From IMG/VR virus record IMGVR_UViG_3300037486_000387, positions 1-52,376 of that record: 52,376 nt of DNA; one strand, given 5' to 3'. The position numbers were made by a program, and so were the translations under genes. This stretch comes from a virus (taxonomy: Duplodnaviria > Caudoviricetes). The notes under the pieces were generated by a model. The model did no database searches and had not been told where the DNA came from. It saw nothing but the letters and a program-made list of their open reading frames with translations. The stretch's first letter is position 1, and each line of letters opens with the position of its first letter. Shown here one piece after another: positions 35,761-44,578 of this stretch.

Positions 35761-36729
35761 TCACTCCATCACAAACAGTTTGTTCGCAACAGTGCCAGGT
35801 TGAGCTTGATTCAGTAGACGCCAGGCGTTCTGGGGATCACGCGCCATTGCTTCGTTGAAACCACCCCAGAAGTTTTCAGGCATCTGCGGAGCAGCGGCTG
35901 CAGGAGGTGCCGGGAACTGACCCATGCTGGGTGCTTGCATTTGTGCCGTGGGATAACCACGCGTCTCAAGCTGGGCTTCGTTTTCGTACACAGGATACGG
36001 ACCTTCAGGACCGAAGAATTTCAGCGTGTAATCACTGAGAACATCGGGGTTGGTAAGGATCTCGTTATAAGCCAGGTTCTCCTGGTGCTCATTAACAGCA
36101 AAGTTGGCATAACCAACGATGTTACTTGCGGCCCGGTTTCCCCACTGGACGGCGCTGTCCAGCATTCCTTCCAGTTCCAGGGCGTAGTTGTTCAGGACTG
36201 TCGGAGCTTCGATCCCGAACGCGTCCATTACCTGGCGGCTTTCCTGGCTCATTCCCACCAGGTCCGCGAGTTGCTCCAGCGAGGGACTCGAAGAGGTTTG
36301 GGAATAGTTGGGCGAGTATGCCTGGCTGGGATACGAGGTCTGCGGAGCCGATTGTTGCGTAGCTTGGCTGCTGGCCAGACCGTAGTTGGCCGGGGTATAC
36401 GCGGTCGTCGGTGCTGACGGTTGACCCTGGAACGGGGATTGGACTGGTGCGCTCAGCAGGTTGACTACCTTGTTGAACGCCGATTCCCAGGGATTCCCCG
36501 ACAGGTCCGCCGGTTGGGATTGGGGGGCGTACTGAGTAGGGGCGGATTGGTAGCTGTAAGCTGCCTGAGGTACCGCTTGCGGGTAGCTCATACCCACCTG
36601 ATAAGCCTGGGGCGCCGCCTGGTAGTTGACCGGAGCTGCCTGTGGTGCTGCCACCACGTAGCTGCTCGGGGCGACTGCCACTGGTGCTTGGCTCGTCTGT
36701 GGGATCGATTGGACGATAGCGTCCTGCAT
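35761..36729 (-). CDS. putative capsid scaffolding protein
   Basis: Q/P/A low-complexity N-terminus, acidic helical C-terminus; AAGGAG RBS; position between portal and capsid. Confidence 0.65.
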   Translation of the reverse strand: MQDAIVQSIPQTSQAPVAVAPSSYVVAAPQAAPVNYQAAPQAYQVGMSYPQAVPQAAYSYQSAPTQYAPQSQPADLSGNPWESAFNKVVNLLSAPVQSPFQGQPSAPTTAYTPANYGLASSQATQQSAPQTSYPSQAYSPNYSQTSSSPSLEQLADLVGMSQESRQVMDAFGIEAPTVLNNYALELEGMLDSAVQWGNRAASNIVGYANFAVNEHQENLAYNEILTNPDVLSDYTLKFFGPEGPYPVYENEAQLETRGYPTAQMQAPSMGQFPAPPAAAAPQMPENFWGGFNEAMARDPQNAWRLLNQAQPGTVANKLFVME

Positions 36730-38479
36730 AACTCATCTCCTTTTGTAGAGCTTCTAAGGTTCGATACAGATATGGAGTTAAATCCAATCTCGGATCCGCA
36801 GCCATCGGTAAATCCGGTGATTGCGGGTGAGGGGTCTGCATCATGCCCCCCACAAGGCGAGAGAACTGAGAATATGCATTCTGTAGTTCACCCACCATCC
36901 TGAATGGGAAGCCTGATAGCATCCCGGCCCTTTCTTCATCTGTTTTAGATGGGAAAAGATATTTCAGTGCTTCAATGCTATCAACCCCTAATTCTTGTAG
37001 GTTCCTCACAACAATCGAGTTGTTTAAAATGTCTTGAGTGGAGTCTTCATAAACAGGCCCCAACCAACGCCATAACATTGTAACGTCACCATCAGGGATA
37101 AGACCTAAAACACCAGGAGGAATCTGTTGAGTCTTAAGACAAGCCATCATTAACTGTTTGACTTTCTCTTCAAAACTTGCCATTGCATCTTCGTACATTG
37201 CCATGTCTTGAGCACTTGCCTCTTCAGGTAGTTCCAGGGGTTTTTCAAGTCCTGCCGCCCCTGCTAACGTTTCACGGAATAAGCGTTCCTCTTGATAGAT
37301 AATCAATTCCAAACACCTACAGATGCCATGTGTATAAATTGCAGTTGCTTTCTTTTTAGATGTTGCTGATACGCGTCCAAACAGTGATTTGTACTCAGTT
37401 GCAGTTACGCCTGCCGAAATCGAAAGTTCATCAACACCACCAAGAGCTGTCCTAATCTCTTCTCTATACTGACGAGCAAAACTATTTTGATCACCAGTAA
37501 TAGCATCTGGCACAATGTAACCAACTCTATCGTTTGGCTCCAGGTTTGAAATGATGCGCGGCACCCTCATTTGGCCGTCAGCACCACGGCTAATGGGATC
37601 TTGCTTGAAAGTAGAACGACTCAAAGAGCCCATGCTGCCAAATCCAGAATTGGCTGCAATAGATGGACGTTGTACAACAGAATCACTACCGGATTCCATT
37701 AAGTCAGTTTTTGGACGCGACGAAAGCAATGTTGGATTACCAAAGAACTGAACGTTCTTTCGCATGGTCCGAACCATTTCATCATGCGTACAAATATGAT
37801 TAGCTAACGCATCAAATTCCCCAACACCCTCAGTAGAAAAACCCTTGGGGTTATTGAAGATTTCAACACAAGGAATGAAGCCTAGTGTATTTTTAAAAGT
37901 TTTGGTTTTACCTGGTATTACTTGATAAAGCGTATCAAAAGAAAGCTCAGCTTCTGAGTGAGTTTCTTCAATTGTTTTGCGTTTAATTGAAAGCCTGATG
38001 TAACGCTTGGATCCTTGGTTACCCATTGTTGCGGAACCAGACAAACCACTGGCACCAATATCTTGCTGAAAGCCAATCCCATGACGAACTTTATAGCTAT
38101 AGATGATTACAACTTCATCTAGCTCGCCGTCAATATTGTAGAAAGTGCGGTACTCGTGTTTACGGAAGTAGTAAAGACGATAGTTGTTTTGTGTGGGTCG
38201 AATATAAAATAATCCCTGGCCATCAGCCAGGTGATAATCCCAGATGGAATCAAGGCGTATATCAAGTTGATTGTATTTGATTACGCGATCAATAAAATCT
38301 TTGCGTTGATTTCCGAAGTTATCTTGTGATGGGAAAAATTCTACACCTTGGCGAATGCCAAATAGTCGCATTTGTGCCAGGTGGGATGCCACAATCCCAG
38401 TATCAACTGCTGATCCCCCATCTTTTTCAATGTAGGAATCAACAATATCTTTTAATCGGGACTTAGCATCAACAGACAT
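36122..38479 (-). CDS. portal protein with long C-terminal extension overlapping the scaffold gene
   Basis: Size and position after the terminase; NTLGFIPCVEIFNNP…GVGEFD portal-like segment. Confidence 0.75.
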   Translation of the reverse strand: MSVDAKSRLKDIVDSYIEKDGGSAVDTGIVASHLAQMRLFGIRQGVEFFPSQDNFGNQRKDFIDRVIKYNQLDIRLDSIWDYHLADGQGLFYIRPTQNNYRLYYFRKHEYRTFYNIDGELDEVVIIYSYKVRHGIGFQQDIGASGLSGSATMGNQGSKRYIRLSIKRKTIEETHSEAELSFDTLYQVIPGKTKTFKNTLGFIPCVEIFNNPKGFSTEGVGEFDALANHICTHDEMVRTMRKNVQFFGNPTLLSSRPKTDLMESGSDSVVQRPSIAANSGFGSMGSLSRSTFKQDPISRGADGQMRVPRIISNLEPNDRVGYIVPDAITGDQNSFARQYREEIRTALGGVDELSISAGVTATEYKSLFGRVSATSKKKATAIYTHGICRCLELIIYQEERLFRETLAGAAGLEKPLELPEEASAQDMAMYEDAMASFEEKVKQLMMACLKTQQIPPGVLGLIPDGDVTMLWRWLGPVYEDSTQDILNNSIVVRNLQELGVDSIEALKYLFPSKTDEERAGMLSGFPFRMVGELQNAYSQFSRLVGGMMQTPHPQSPDLPMAADPRLDLTPYLYRTLEALQKEMSYAGRYRPIDPTDEPSTSGSRPEQLRGGSTTGSSGQLPGGAPGLSGGYELPASGTSGSLQLPIRPYSVRPPIPTGGPVGESLGIGVQQGSQPAERTSPIPVPGSTVSTDDRVYPGQLRSGQQPSYATIGSADLVSQPGILAQLFPNLFESLAGATRGPGGNEPGKPPGNGRVRDRSSDSPEQLRPGTGRNAGQRRPVGKPGRK

Positions 38480-38625
38480 TAACTGTTTTCCCTTTCATCT
38501 TTACTGATCTTAGCAGATTTCTTTTTCTTCTTTTCGGAAAGCCACAGATTAAAGTACATCAATTCTCCGGAGCTAAAAAGTTCCGGGCTTTCAAATGCTT
38601 TTTTAATTAGCTTTTTTGTTTTCAT
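38479..38625 (-). CDS. small basic protein (48 aa, not in the ORF track)
   Basis: MKTKKLIKKAFESPELFSSGELMYF…; coupled to neighbours at both ends. Confidence 0.6.
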   Translation of the reverse strand: MKTKKLIKKAFESPELFSSGELMYFNLWLSEKKKKKSAKISKDERENS

Positions 38626-38957
38626 CAGGATACGCTTTTACCAGCAAAGCCTGTTGGCATTTGACCGTATTGCGGGCCTGCAAAGAAACCTGCATTTCCC
38701 GTAGGTACTTGACCATTTATTGATGCCAAGGGAAGAAGAGTAGGACCACCAAATTTCCTATTATCATAAATATTTTGCAACTGTTGTGCCGATCCTGGAT
38801 CCCACTGTTTAAGTTCTTCGAGTTGAGCTGGGCTCATACCACGGATCCCACGTTGTGGAATAGTGAATTGTGGTCCAAAGGGATTACCTGCTAGTGCGCC
38901 GATATTCCCTGCGGCACCGGGGACATTTTGTTCACCTTGGTAATACTGGTAAGACAT
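38625..38957 (-). CDS. hypothetical G/Q/P-rich protein
   Basis: 110-aa ORF. Confidence 0.6.
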   Translation of the reverse strand: MSYQYYQGEQNVPGAAGNIGALAGNPFGPQFTIPQRGIRGMSPAQLEELKQWDPGSAQQLQNIYDNRKFGGPTLLPLASINGQVPTGNAGFFAGPQYGQMPTGFAGKSVS

Positions 38958-38981
38958 TTAGGAGTTTCTGTTGTTCTTATT

Positions 38982-39167
38982 TTACTCCTCTAATACTACA
39001 TACCCAGCTGGATCACTAACTTTAGTCAAAATAATCCCTTCTCCCTTCACATCCCAATTCAGGATGTCTCCTTCTTGCCACCCAAGACCTTCAATTACTT
39101 CATCCGGAAAGACTATGAATAACTCCCCGTCATCATCTCCCTGGATCTCTAAAATGTAACTGCTCAT
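38982..39167 (-). CDS. AbrB/MazE-like swapped-hairpin DNA-binding protein
   Basis: DDGELFIVFPDEVIEGLGWQEGDILNW. Confidence 0.7.
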   Translation of the reverse strand: MSSYILEIQGDDDGELFIVFPDEVIEGLGWQEGDILNWDVKGEGIILTKVSDPAGYVVLEE

Positions 39168-39457
39168 TTGGTTAAAAGCTTTTCCATAAGCTTATCAAGC
39201 TTACTGTTGATTTGTTGAAAATTATCGTGCATGTTTTGAATTTCCCTAAGGAAGTCAACTTTTAAAACATATTCCAAGGGCATCCGATTTATGTGTTGCT
39301 CCAAGGAATCCACACGATTTTCTTGGGAGCGTAACGATTCATTAAGTGTTTGTATCCGTTCGTGCGTTCTAGTTAAAATTTTATTTGCCACCCAAGATCC
39401 ACTCGTAATAGCTGATACAACTGCGGTAAGAGCAAGCGTTAAGTATTCTGGTCCCAC
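39164..39457 (-). CDS. membrane-anchored coiled-coil protein
   Basis: N-terminal hydrophobic helix followed by a heptad pattern. Confidence 0.65.
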   Translation of the reverse strand: MGPEYLTLALTAVVSAITSGSWVANKILTRTHERIQTLNESLRSQENRVDSLEQHINRMPLEYVLKVDFLREIQNMHDNFQQINSKLDKLMEKLLTK

Positions 39458-39505
39458 AGCTGTAAATCTTTCTCTAATCTTAAACGCAGCTTATCTGCAT
39501 CCTCT

Positions 39506-41032
39506 TTAATAATCTAAATGTAGATTGCCTTTCCTTGCCAATCCAGTGACTAACCAAACCAACGCATCCACACAATCATCATGACCACTTACGCCGAAAT
39601 TCGTGAGTTCCTCGAAGAGATTTGTGAAATTCCTGAAACGGTTGAAGATGATTTTGCGGTCTTCAAACATGCCCATAATCCCACGGAATCGTGCCAGCTT
39701 ATCTGCACGAAAACCTTTGACTGGATGCCAAATCAAATTGTAAAGACCTTCGTTATTTAAACAAACACGCTTAAAGTCAGCCTCCAAGGATGCTTGGTAC
39801 TGGACCGCTTCTGACCAGATATCACACGTGGAATAAGTTGGGAAATAATTACCACCTTCATCAGCACCAAGAATTGACCAGTCATTGAGAAGTTCTTTCA
39901 TGGCATCAAGCTTTTCAAGGTTGCCCATGACGCGGATTCGTCTGTAATCAATAATGTGAATACGGTCGCCAATGCGACCACCAAGAATCATTACTGTGTA
40001 GTCATTCTTTTCTTTAATGCCCGCAGACAAGTCAACACCAATTCCCAGGGCATCAAACTCTGTTGCAATTTCCGCCTTAACAATAAGTTCTGGTGCCAAT
40101 GAGAGTTCACTTTGTCTGATAATTTGATTCATGTATTGAAACGAAAAAGCAACAGGTGCTTGTCGTTTCTTTTCTTTTAAGTATTCCAGGGACCACATAT
40201 CAGGCCAATAGGATTCTTCGTCTCCTGTTTTAACATTGTTTTGAATAGCAGAAAGAACAATCTGGGTCCAATTATTCTGTTCGTTAAAGGTTGTAGCGTG
40301 AATATCGTCATGTCTAAAACGTGTGCCAAGACAGATGGCTCGCGCCCCTTCAAACATCGTTGGTGCGATCACAGCATTCCAATTTTCCTGCATCATTTTC
40401 CTGATGTCAGGGTTTGCAATATCAGCGGCTGATTTGATAGGGTCATCAATCATCACTAAGTGCGAACGCTTAGAAGTCACGGAACCTTTCAAGCCAGCTG
40501 CACAAAGCGTAAATTGCTCATCACCGGTTACGTCGATACCAGCAAATTTATGGTCAATAGACCAGTACTCATTACTGGTAACGTTCTTAAGAAGACGGAC
40601 TGTTGGAAAAACTTCTTGGTATCGTTTGCTTGCAATAATGCGTTTAATGGTTGCTGACTTTGAGCGAGCGATATCAACCGTATACGACAAGTAAAGAACT
40701 TGAAGAGGAAGTTTAGCTTGTGTATGAATACCAATGGCCCAAGCAGTTAACAAACCAAGGACCGTACTTTTCGCAGAGCCCCTTGGAGCCAATAGATCTA
40801 CGTTGGGACCAGCAATTCGAATTAGGCAGTTACTATCTTCATTAGTAATAAAGTGACGATGCCAGCTTTGGTGGTGTTGAGCAGGTGGTTTATCTGCTAC
40901 ATACTCACAGAAATATCCAAAATCTTCTCTGGCGCGTTCCAGGAGATGTGCGTTGCTTGGTGCCTTGACCTTGAAATTCTTAGACGCCGCACGCGCATTG
41001 CGACGGTAAGCAAGATGCTGGTAAGAAGGCAC
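39506..41032 (-). CDS. terL: terminase large subunit
   Basis: APRGSAKST Walker A; VMIDDP Walker B; GTRFRHDD; GVDLS…NDYT and HDDCVDA nuclease motifs. Confidence 0.93.
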   Translation of the reverse strand: MPSYQHLAYRRNARAASKNFKVKAPSNAHLLERAREDFGYFCEYVADKPPAQHHQSWHRHFITNEDSNCLIRIAGPNVDLLAPRGSAKSTVLGLLTAWAIGIHTQAKLPLQVLYLSYTVDIARSKSATIKRIIASKRYQEVFPTVRLLKNVTSNEYWSIDHKFAGIDVTGDEQFTLCAAGLKGSVTSKRSHLVMIDDPIKSAADIANPDIRKMMQENWNAVIAPTMFEGARAICLGTRFRHDDIHATTFNEQNNWTQIVLSAIQNNVKTGDEESYWPDMWSLEYLKEKKRQAPVAFSFQYMNQIIRQSELSLAPELIVKAEIATEFDALGIGVDLSAGIKEKNDYTVMILGGRIGDRIHIIDYRRIRVMGNLEKLDAMKELLNDWSILGADEGGNYFPTYSTCDIWSEAVQYQASLEADFKRVCLNNEGLYNLIWHPVKGFRADKLARFRGIMGMFEDRKIIFNRFRNFTNLFEELTNFGVSGHDDCVDALVWLVTGLARKGNLHLDY

Positions 41033-41064
41033 GAGTATTATTTAGAGCAGTACTAAACAATATC

Positions 41065-41229
41065 TTACTTCTTTTCTTTACCTTTCCGTTTTTGCTCCTG
41101 ATATTTACGTGCCTTATCCAAAGCAGCTTTACGCTTTTCCTTATCGCTCATCTCTGAGCCATCTTCTTTTTTGGCTTCTTTCTTCTTGAGATACTCAAGA
41201 AACTGTGGAGGCATTTTACCTTTAGACAT
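41065..41229 (-). CDS. small Lys/Glu-rich protein (54 aa, not in the ORF track)
   Basis: MSKGKMPPQFLEYLKKK…; coupled to the upstream stop. Confidence 0.6.
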   Translation of the reverse strand: MSKGKMPPQFLEYLKKKEAKKEDGSEMSDKEKRKAALDKARKYQEQKRKGKEKK

Positions 41230-41537
41230 TAAAAATTAGACCCCGCATTTTTCATTGGGTTTGAATTGCGGATACGCTCCATCATTTGATCATAAACAGG
41301 TGATCCCTGTTCACTGAATCCGGATTCAGTTGAACCTTGCGGAGTTCTGGGTAGACTGACATCAGGTGATCCACCACCAAATACGTTGGGGGTTTTAGCG
41401 CCAGGGGGCGGCCCTTCGTTTTTCAATCCCCTGTTCTGTAATGCTAAACGACGTATCTGGATCCCTTGGCTGGCTGCCTCACGCAGACGGGCGGCAGCGT
41501 CACCAGCTAAACGTGTATTTCCTACTTGAGCACCCAT
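41229..41537 (-). CDS. hypothetical protein
   Basis: 102-aa ORF. Confidence 0.6.
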   Translation of the reverse strand: MGAQVGNTRLAGDAAARLREAASQGIQIRRLALQNRGLKNEGPPPGAKTPNVFGGGSPDVSLPRTPQGSTESGFSEQGSPVYDQMMERIRNSNPMKNAGSNF

Positions 41538-41575
41538 TCAAAAACACTATGTGATTTATTAATATTTTAAACCAT

Positions 41576-42109
41576 TTATTCTTCTAGTTGCATACGTGCC
41601 CACACACTCATTGAGGCTTCTTCCAGGGGGCCTTCAAAGGGATCATCTTTAAAGATAAACATTAACTCACGTATGGCTCTATCAGCACCAGCCATTAACA
41701 AACCTTTGCGGTCTTTAGTTGAAGTAAATTGCTCAACCTGAGCAATGGTGCCGCGTAATTCTTTTTGCATCGAAGCAACACGTGCAACACCTGCGTCACG
41801 TTTCACGGCTCCAAACTCTACGTCTGCTCTTAATTTACGGATATCTTCCTGCATCTCATCAATCTCATACAAGAGGATTTTACGATGATCAGGTTTTTTG
41901 TAATTATCTCTTACCCAAAGATCGCACGCAGTGATGCTTCCTCTATAGCCAAGGAATCTGGCATATAGGAAAATTTCAATTACAGAATAATTCTCTGAGG
42001 AAAAAGAACAAAATGATTCCTGGGTCGATGAATCAAGGTTATCTACCCAAGTATCAAATACTTCAATATCGATAAGCTCGTTGGGCTTGGTTGTAATCGC
42101 GCCCTTCAT
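41576..42109 (-). CDS. helical hypothetical protein; terminase small subunit candidate by position
   Basis: About 177 aa upstream of terL; ATG at 42109. Confidence 0.5.
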   Translation of the reverse strand: MKGAITTKPNELIDIEVFDTWVDNLDSSTQESFCSFSSENYSVIEIFLYARFLGYRGSITACDLWVRDNYKKPDHRKILLYEIDEMQEDIRKLRADVEFGAVKRDAGVARVASMQKELRGTIAQVEQFTSTKDRKGLLMAGADRAIRELMFIFKDDPFEGPLEEASMSVWARMQLEE

Positions 42110-42326
42110 CTCTTTGCCTGAACTCATCAGCTTGTTCGGCAGAGGCTCGAGATTCTGTTGCCCCTTTACCGATGGTTTCACGTTCTTGAGCACCAGCCTC
42201 CTCCATTTTTTTCTTCGAGAATTCGTAAGCCACACCAGCAGCTTGGCGATACTTATCTAGATCAAACCAGTCATCCTCACCGGATTGACCGATGGGTACT
42301 GATGGATCGGCAAAGCTGCTAGTCAT
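42063..42326 (-). CDS. small protein sharing the SVPIGQS-x-x-DD(W/Y)FD N-terminal motif
   Basis: 87-aa ORF. Confidence 0.7.
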   Translation of the reverse strand: MTSSFADPSVPIGQSGEDDWFDLDKYRQAAGVAYEFSKKKMEEAGAQERETIGKGATESRASAEQADEFRQRDEGRDYNQAQRAYRY

Positions 42327-42351
42327 GTCTTCTGTACTCTATAGGAAAAAA

Positions 42352-42657
42352 TTAAAAATTACTCATCATCCCAGAAAGTCCCTGCGCATAGATATCGCGG
42401 CGACCCTCTATGGATTTCTGGCGTTGCTGGCGACCCTTGGAACCTTCAAGTCTGTTAAGTAGTGACTCAAACTTATTGATATCAAAATAGTCATCACTTG
42501 AAGGTTGGCCGGTAGGCGTGGTTAACTGATCAAGTGTACGGCCTTCGGCTCTGCCACTCCTGTTGTAATGATCGCGAGCTGCTTCTAAATCTGAACCAAA
42601 AGCAGATTTTAGGTCTGGATACCTATTTAAATAACCAGCATAATCTCCATTATCCAT
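42352..42657 (-). CDS. mini-protein paralog 3 with extra N-terminal YLxxYPDL…HYxxxGxxEGR module
   Basis: C-terminal ~50 aa nearly identical to the two upstream paralogs. Confidence 0.75.
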   Translation of the reverse strand: MDNGDYAGYLNRYPDLKSAFGSDLEAARDHYNRSGRAEGRTLDQLTTPTGQPSSDDYFDINKFESLLNRLEGSKGRQQRQKSIEGRRDIYAQGLSGMMSNF

Positions 42658-42669
42658 TTTGGTTTCCTA

Positions 42670-42846
42670 TCAGAAATTACTCATCATACTAGCAAGACCT
42701 TGCGAATAGATATCGCGACGGCCTTCTAAGGATTTCTGACGTTGTTGACGACCCTTAGAGCCTTCAAGTCGCTGGAGCAATTGCTCAAACTTATTGATAT
42801 CAAAATAGTCGTCGTTCTCAGACTGGCCGATAGGTACAGAAGTCAT
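42670..42846 (-). CDS. 58-aa mini-protein paralog 2 (not in the ORF track)
   Basis: MTSVPIGQSENDDYFDINKFEQLLQRLEGSKGRQQRQKSLEGRRDIYSQGLASMMSNF*. Confidence 0.8.
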   Translation of the reverse strand: MTSVPIGQSENDDYFDINKFEQLLQRLEGSKGRQQRQKSLEGRRDIYSQGLASMMSNF

Positions 42847-42858
42847 TTTGGTTAGTTA

Positions 42859-43035
42859 TTAAAAGTTGCTCATCATACTGGCGAGACCTTGCGAGTAAAT
42901 ATCGCGGCGACCCTCCAGGGATTTCTGACGTTGTTGACGACCTTTGGAACCTTCAAGTCGCTGGAGCAATTGCTCAAACTTATTGATATCAAAATAGTCG
43001 TCGTTTGCAGATTGACCAATAGGTACAGAAGTCAT
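42859..43035 (-). CDS. 58-aa mini-protein paralog 1 (not in the ORF track)
   Basis: MTSVPIGQSANDDYFDINKFEQLLQRLEGSKGRQQRQKSLEGRRDIYSQGLASMMSNF*; upstream TGCTATAAT. Confidence 0.8.
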   Translation of the reverse strand: MTSVPIGQSANDDYFDINKFEQLLQRLEGSKGRQQRQKSLEGRRDIYSQGLASMMSNF

Positions 43036-43093
43036 GTAATGTGCGTCAATTTAAAGTAATTATAGCAATCTTAAATTTTAAAAATTAAAGCTA

Positions 43094-43984
43094 TCAACCA
43101 AAATTAAAGCTACCAACCAAACTATTGTAAATCGAACCTTGTGATTGAACTTTAGCTAACTCCTTAGATCCCTCCGTTTTTAACTTCTGGGTTTCTTTGT
43201 CAATTTCACCTTGAAGATTGGTGAGACCAGCACTGTATAGATATTGACGAGTGTCACGTACATTCTGCGTTTGTTCATCAATCTCTCCTGGTGTTCCAGT
43301 AAAAGAATCAAATTGTGGTGTAACAACTCCAGTGCGTTTTGTAGCACCTTCCGCCATTTGCGGAAGAAGATTGGACGCAAATTTAAACGTACGCTGACCT
43401 GTTTTTTTCCCTGCTGCATCGGTAGTTTGTTTACCGAACATCGTGTCATAGTAATTATCCAGGTAGCTCTGGTTAAACTTGTCGTTATACTCTGAACCCT
43501 TGTAAAGAGAATTACGCAAGTCTTCGTTAGAACTATAATAACCTTGGTTAAAACGTTCAGTAGCTTTTGCTTGTTCTTCAGGTGTAGCTTGGCGTCCCAG
43601 GATCTCTTCGTAAGCGGAGCCTATACCCGTCGCACGGCGACCGGGGAGAAGTTCTTTGGTATAGATATCAGTAAGTTGATTAACGTCCCCTTCAGGAGGC
43701 GCCATCTCATACTTAGTTGCATAACTGCGCAACTGATCAGCTGCACCTTCGTAATTGATTAAACCTTGTCGAAGTTGGTTTTCAACACCTGTACGTAAAC
43801 CAGAGTATCCTGCAGCGCCTGCCACATTACGTGCAGTAGCTGCCGCTTTTTCCTCTGCCTTTTCCTGTGCAGCAAGTTTCTCTGCGTCCTTTTCTTTACT
43901 TTGTTGGTACGATAAATACTTCTCAAAGGTATCATCCTTTGGGATTTTTGGTGGATTGTAACTAACTTTTTTAGACCCGCCCAT
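43094..43984 (-). CDS. putative internal virion protein
   Basis: 296-aa helical ORF starting MGGSK. Confidence 0.7.
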   Translation of the reverse strand: MGGSKKVSYNPPKIPKDDTFEKYLSYQQSKEKDAEKLAAQEKAEEKAAATARNVAGAAGYSGLRTGVENQLRQGLINYEGAADQLRSYATKYEMAPPEGDVNQLTDIYTKELLPGRRATGIGSAYEEILGRQATPEEQAKATERFNQGYYSSNEDLRNSLYKGSEYNDKFNQSYLDNYYDTMFGKQTTDAAGKKTGQRTFKFASNLLPQMAEGATKRTGVVTPQFDSFTGTPGEIDEQTQNVRDTRQYLYSAGLTNLQGEIDKETQKLKTEGSKELAKVQSQGSIYNSLVGSFNFG

Positions 43985-43986
43985 AA

Positions 43987-44490
43987 TTACACCATTAACG
44001 ATTCAATAGGAGCTTGTGCAATACGACCAAACATTCCTGTTGGTTGCGCTCTTGCTGCCGCAATTGTTTCTTGTAGTCTACCAAAACGTTTTTTACGTGA
44101 TACATTTTCAAATAAAGGACTACCCTGGAAAGCTGCTTCCCATTTTGATTGATCTCGTTCTAGGCCCATTTGCTTGGGCATGAACTCACCCAGTTCCAGG
44201 CGTTTACCACGAGCTTGACGATTAAAATCAAGGTCTGCTCCAGTGGTAGAACCATAGATTTGAGGGAACATGGCCATAGCCATATTACCCTTGGCGGAAT
44301 CACGGTTAAAAAGAATGCCTTGCTTTAACGCATCAGCTTGAGCAGCATTTTGCGCATTGGCAATATCAGCTGCAGTACGTTGTTGCCCAAAGCCAGAAAT
44401 TAATCCGCCTACTGCGCCGATACCTGCTACTGCTACATCATCCCAACCAAACATGTTCCCTCCTGATTTACCTACAGATTTAGACGGCAT
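43987..44490 (-). CDS. putative DNA pilot/ejection-type protein
   Basis: AVAGIGAVGGLISGFG hydrophobic N-terminus followed by A/Q-rich helix; two alternative RBS+ATG starts (44490 and 44454). Confidence 0.65.
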   Translation of the reverse strand: MPSKSVGKSGGNMFGWDDVAVAGIGAVGGLISGFGQQRTAADIANAQNAAQADALKQGILFNRDSAKGNMAMAMFPQIYGSTTGADLDFNRQARGKRLELGEFMPKQMGLERDQSKWEAAFQGSPLFENVSRKKRFGRLQETIAAARAQPTGMFGRIAQAPIESLMV

Positions 44491-44523
44491 GTTCCCTCCT
44501 GATTTACCTACAGATTTAGACGG
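44452..44523. repeat. 2 x 36-bp perfect tandem repeat containing RBS and ATG
   Basis: Copies at 44452-44487 and 44488-44523. Confidence 0.92.
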
Positions 44524-44578
44524 GCTGCTCAAATGACCAGCAGCCGACCCAAGACTATTTGTTATTATTATAAGTCAG

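Noticed and set aside
35935-36903. Antisense ORFs over the scaffold/portal overlap
   Set aside because: Explained by high local GC and low complexity; no RBS or motifs.
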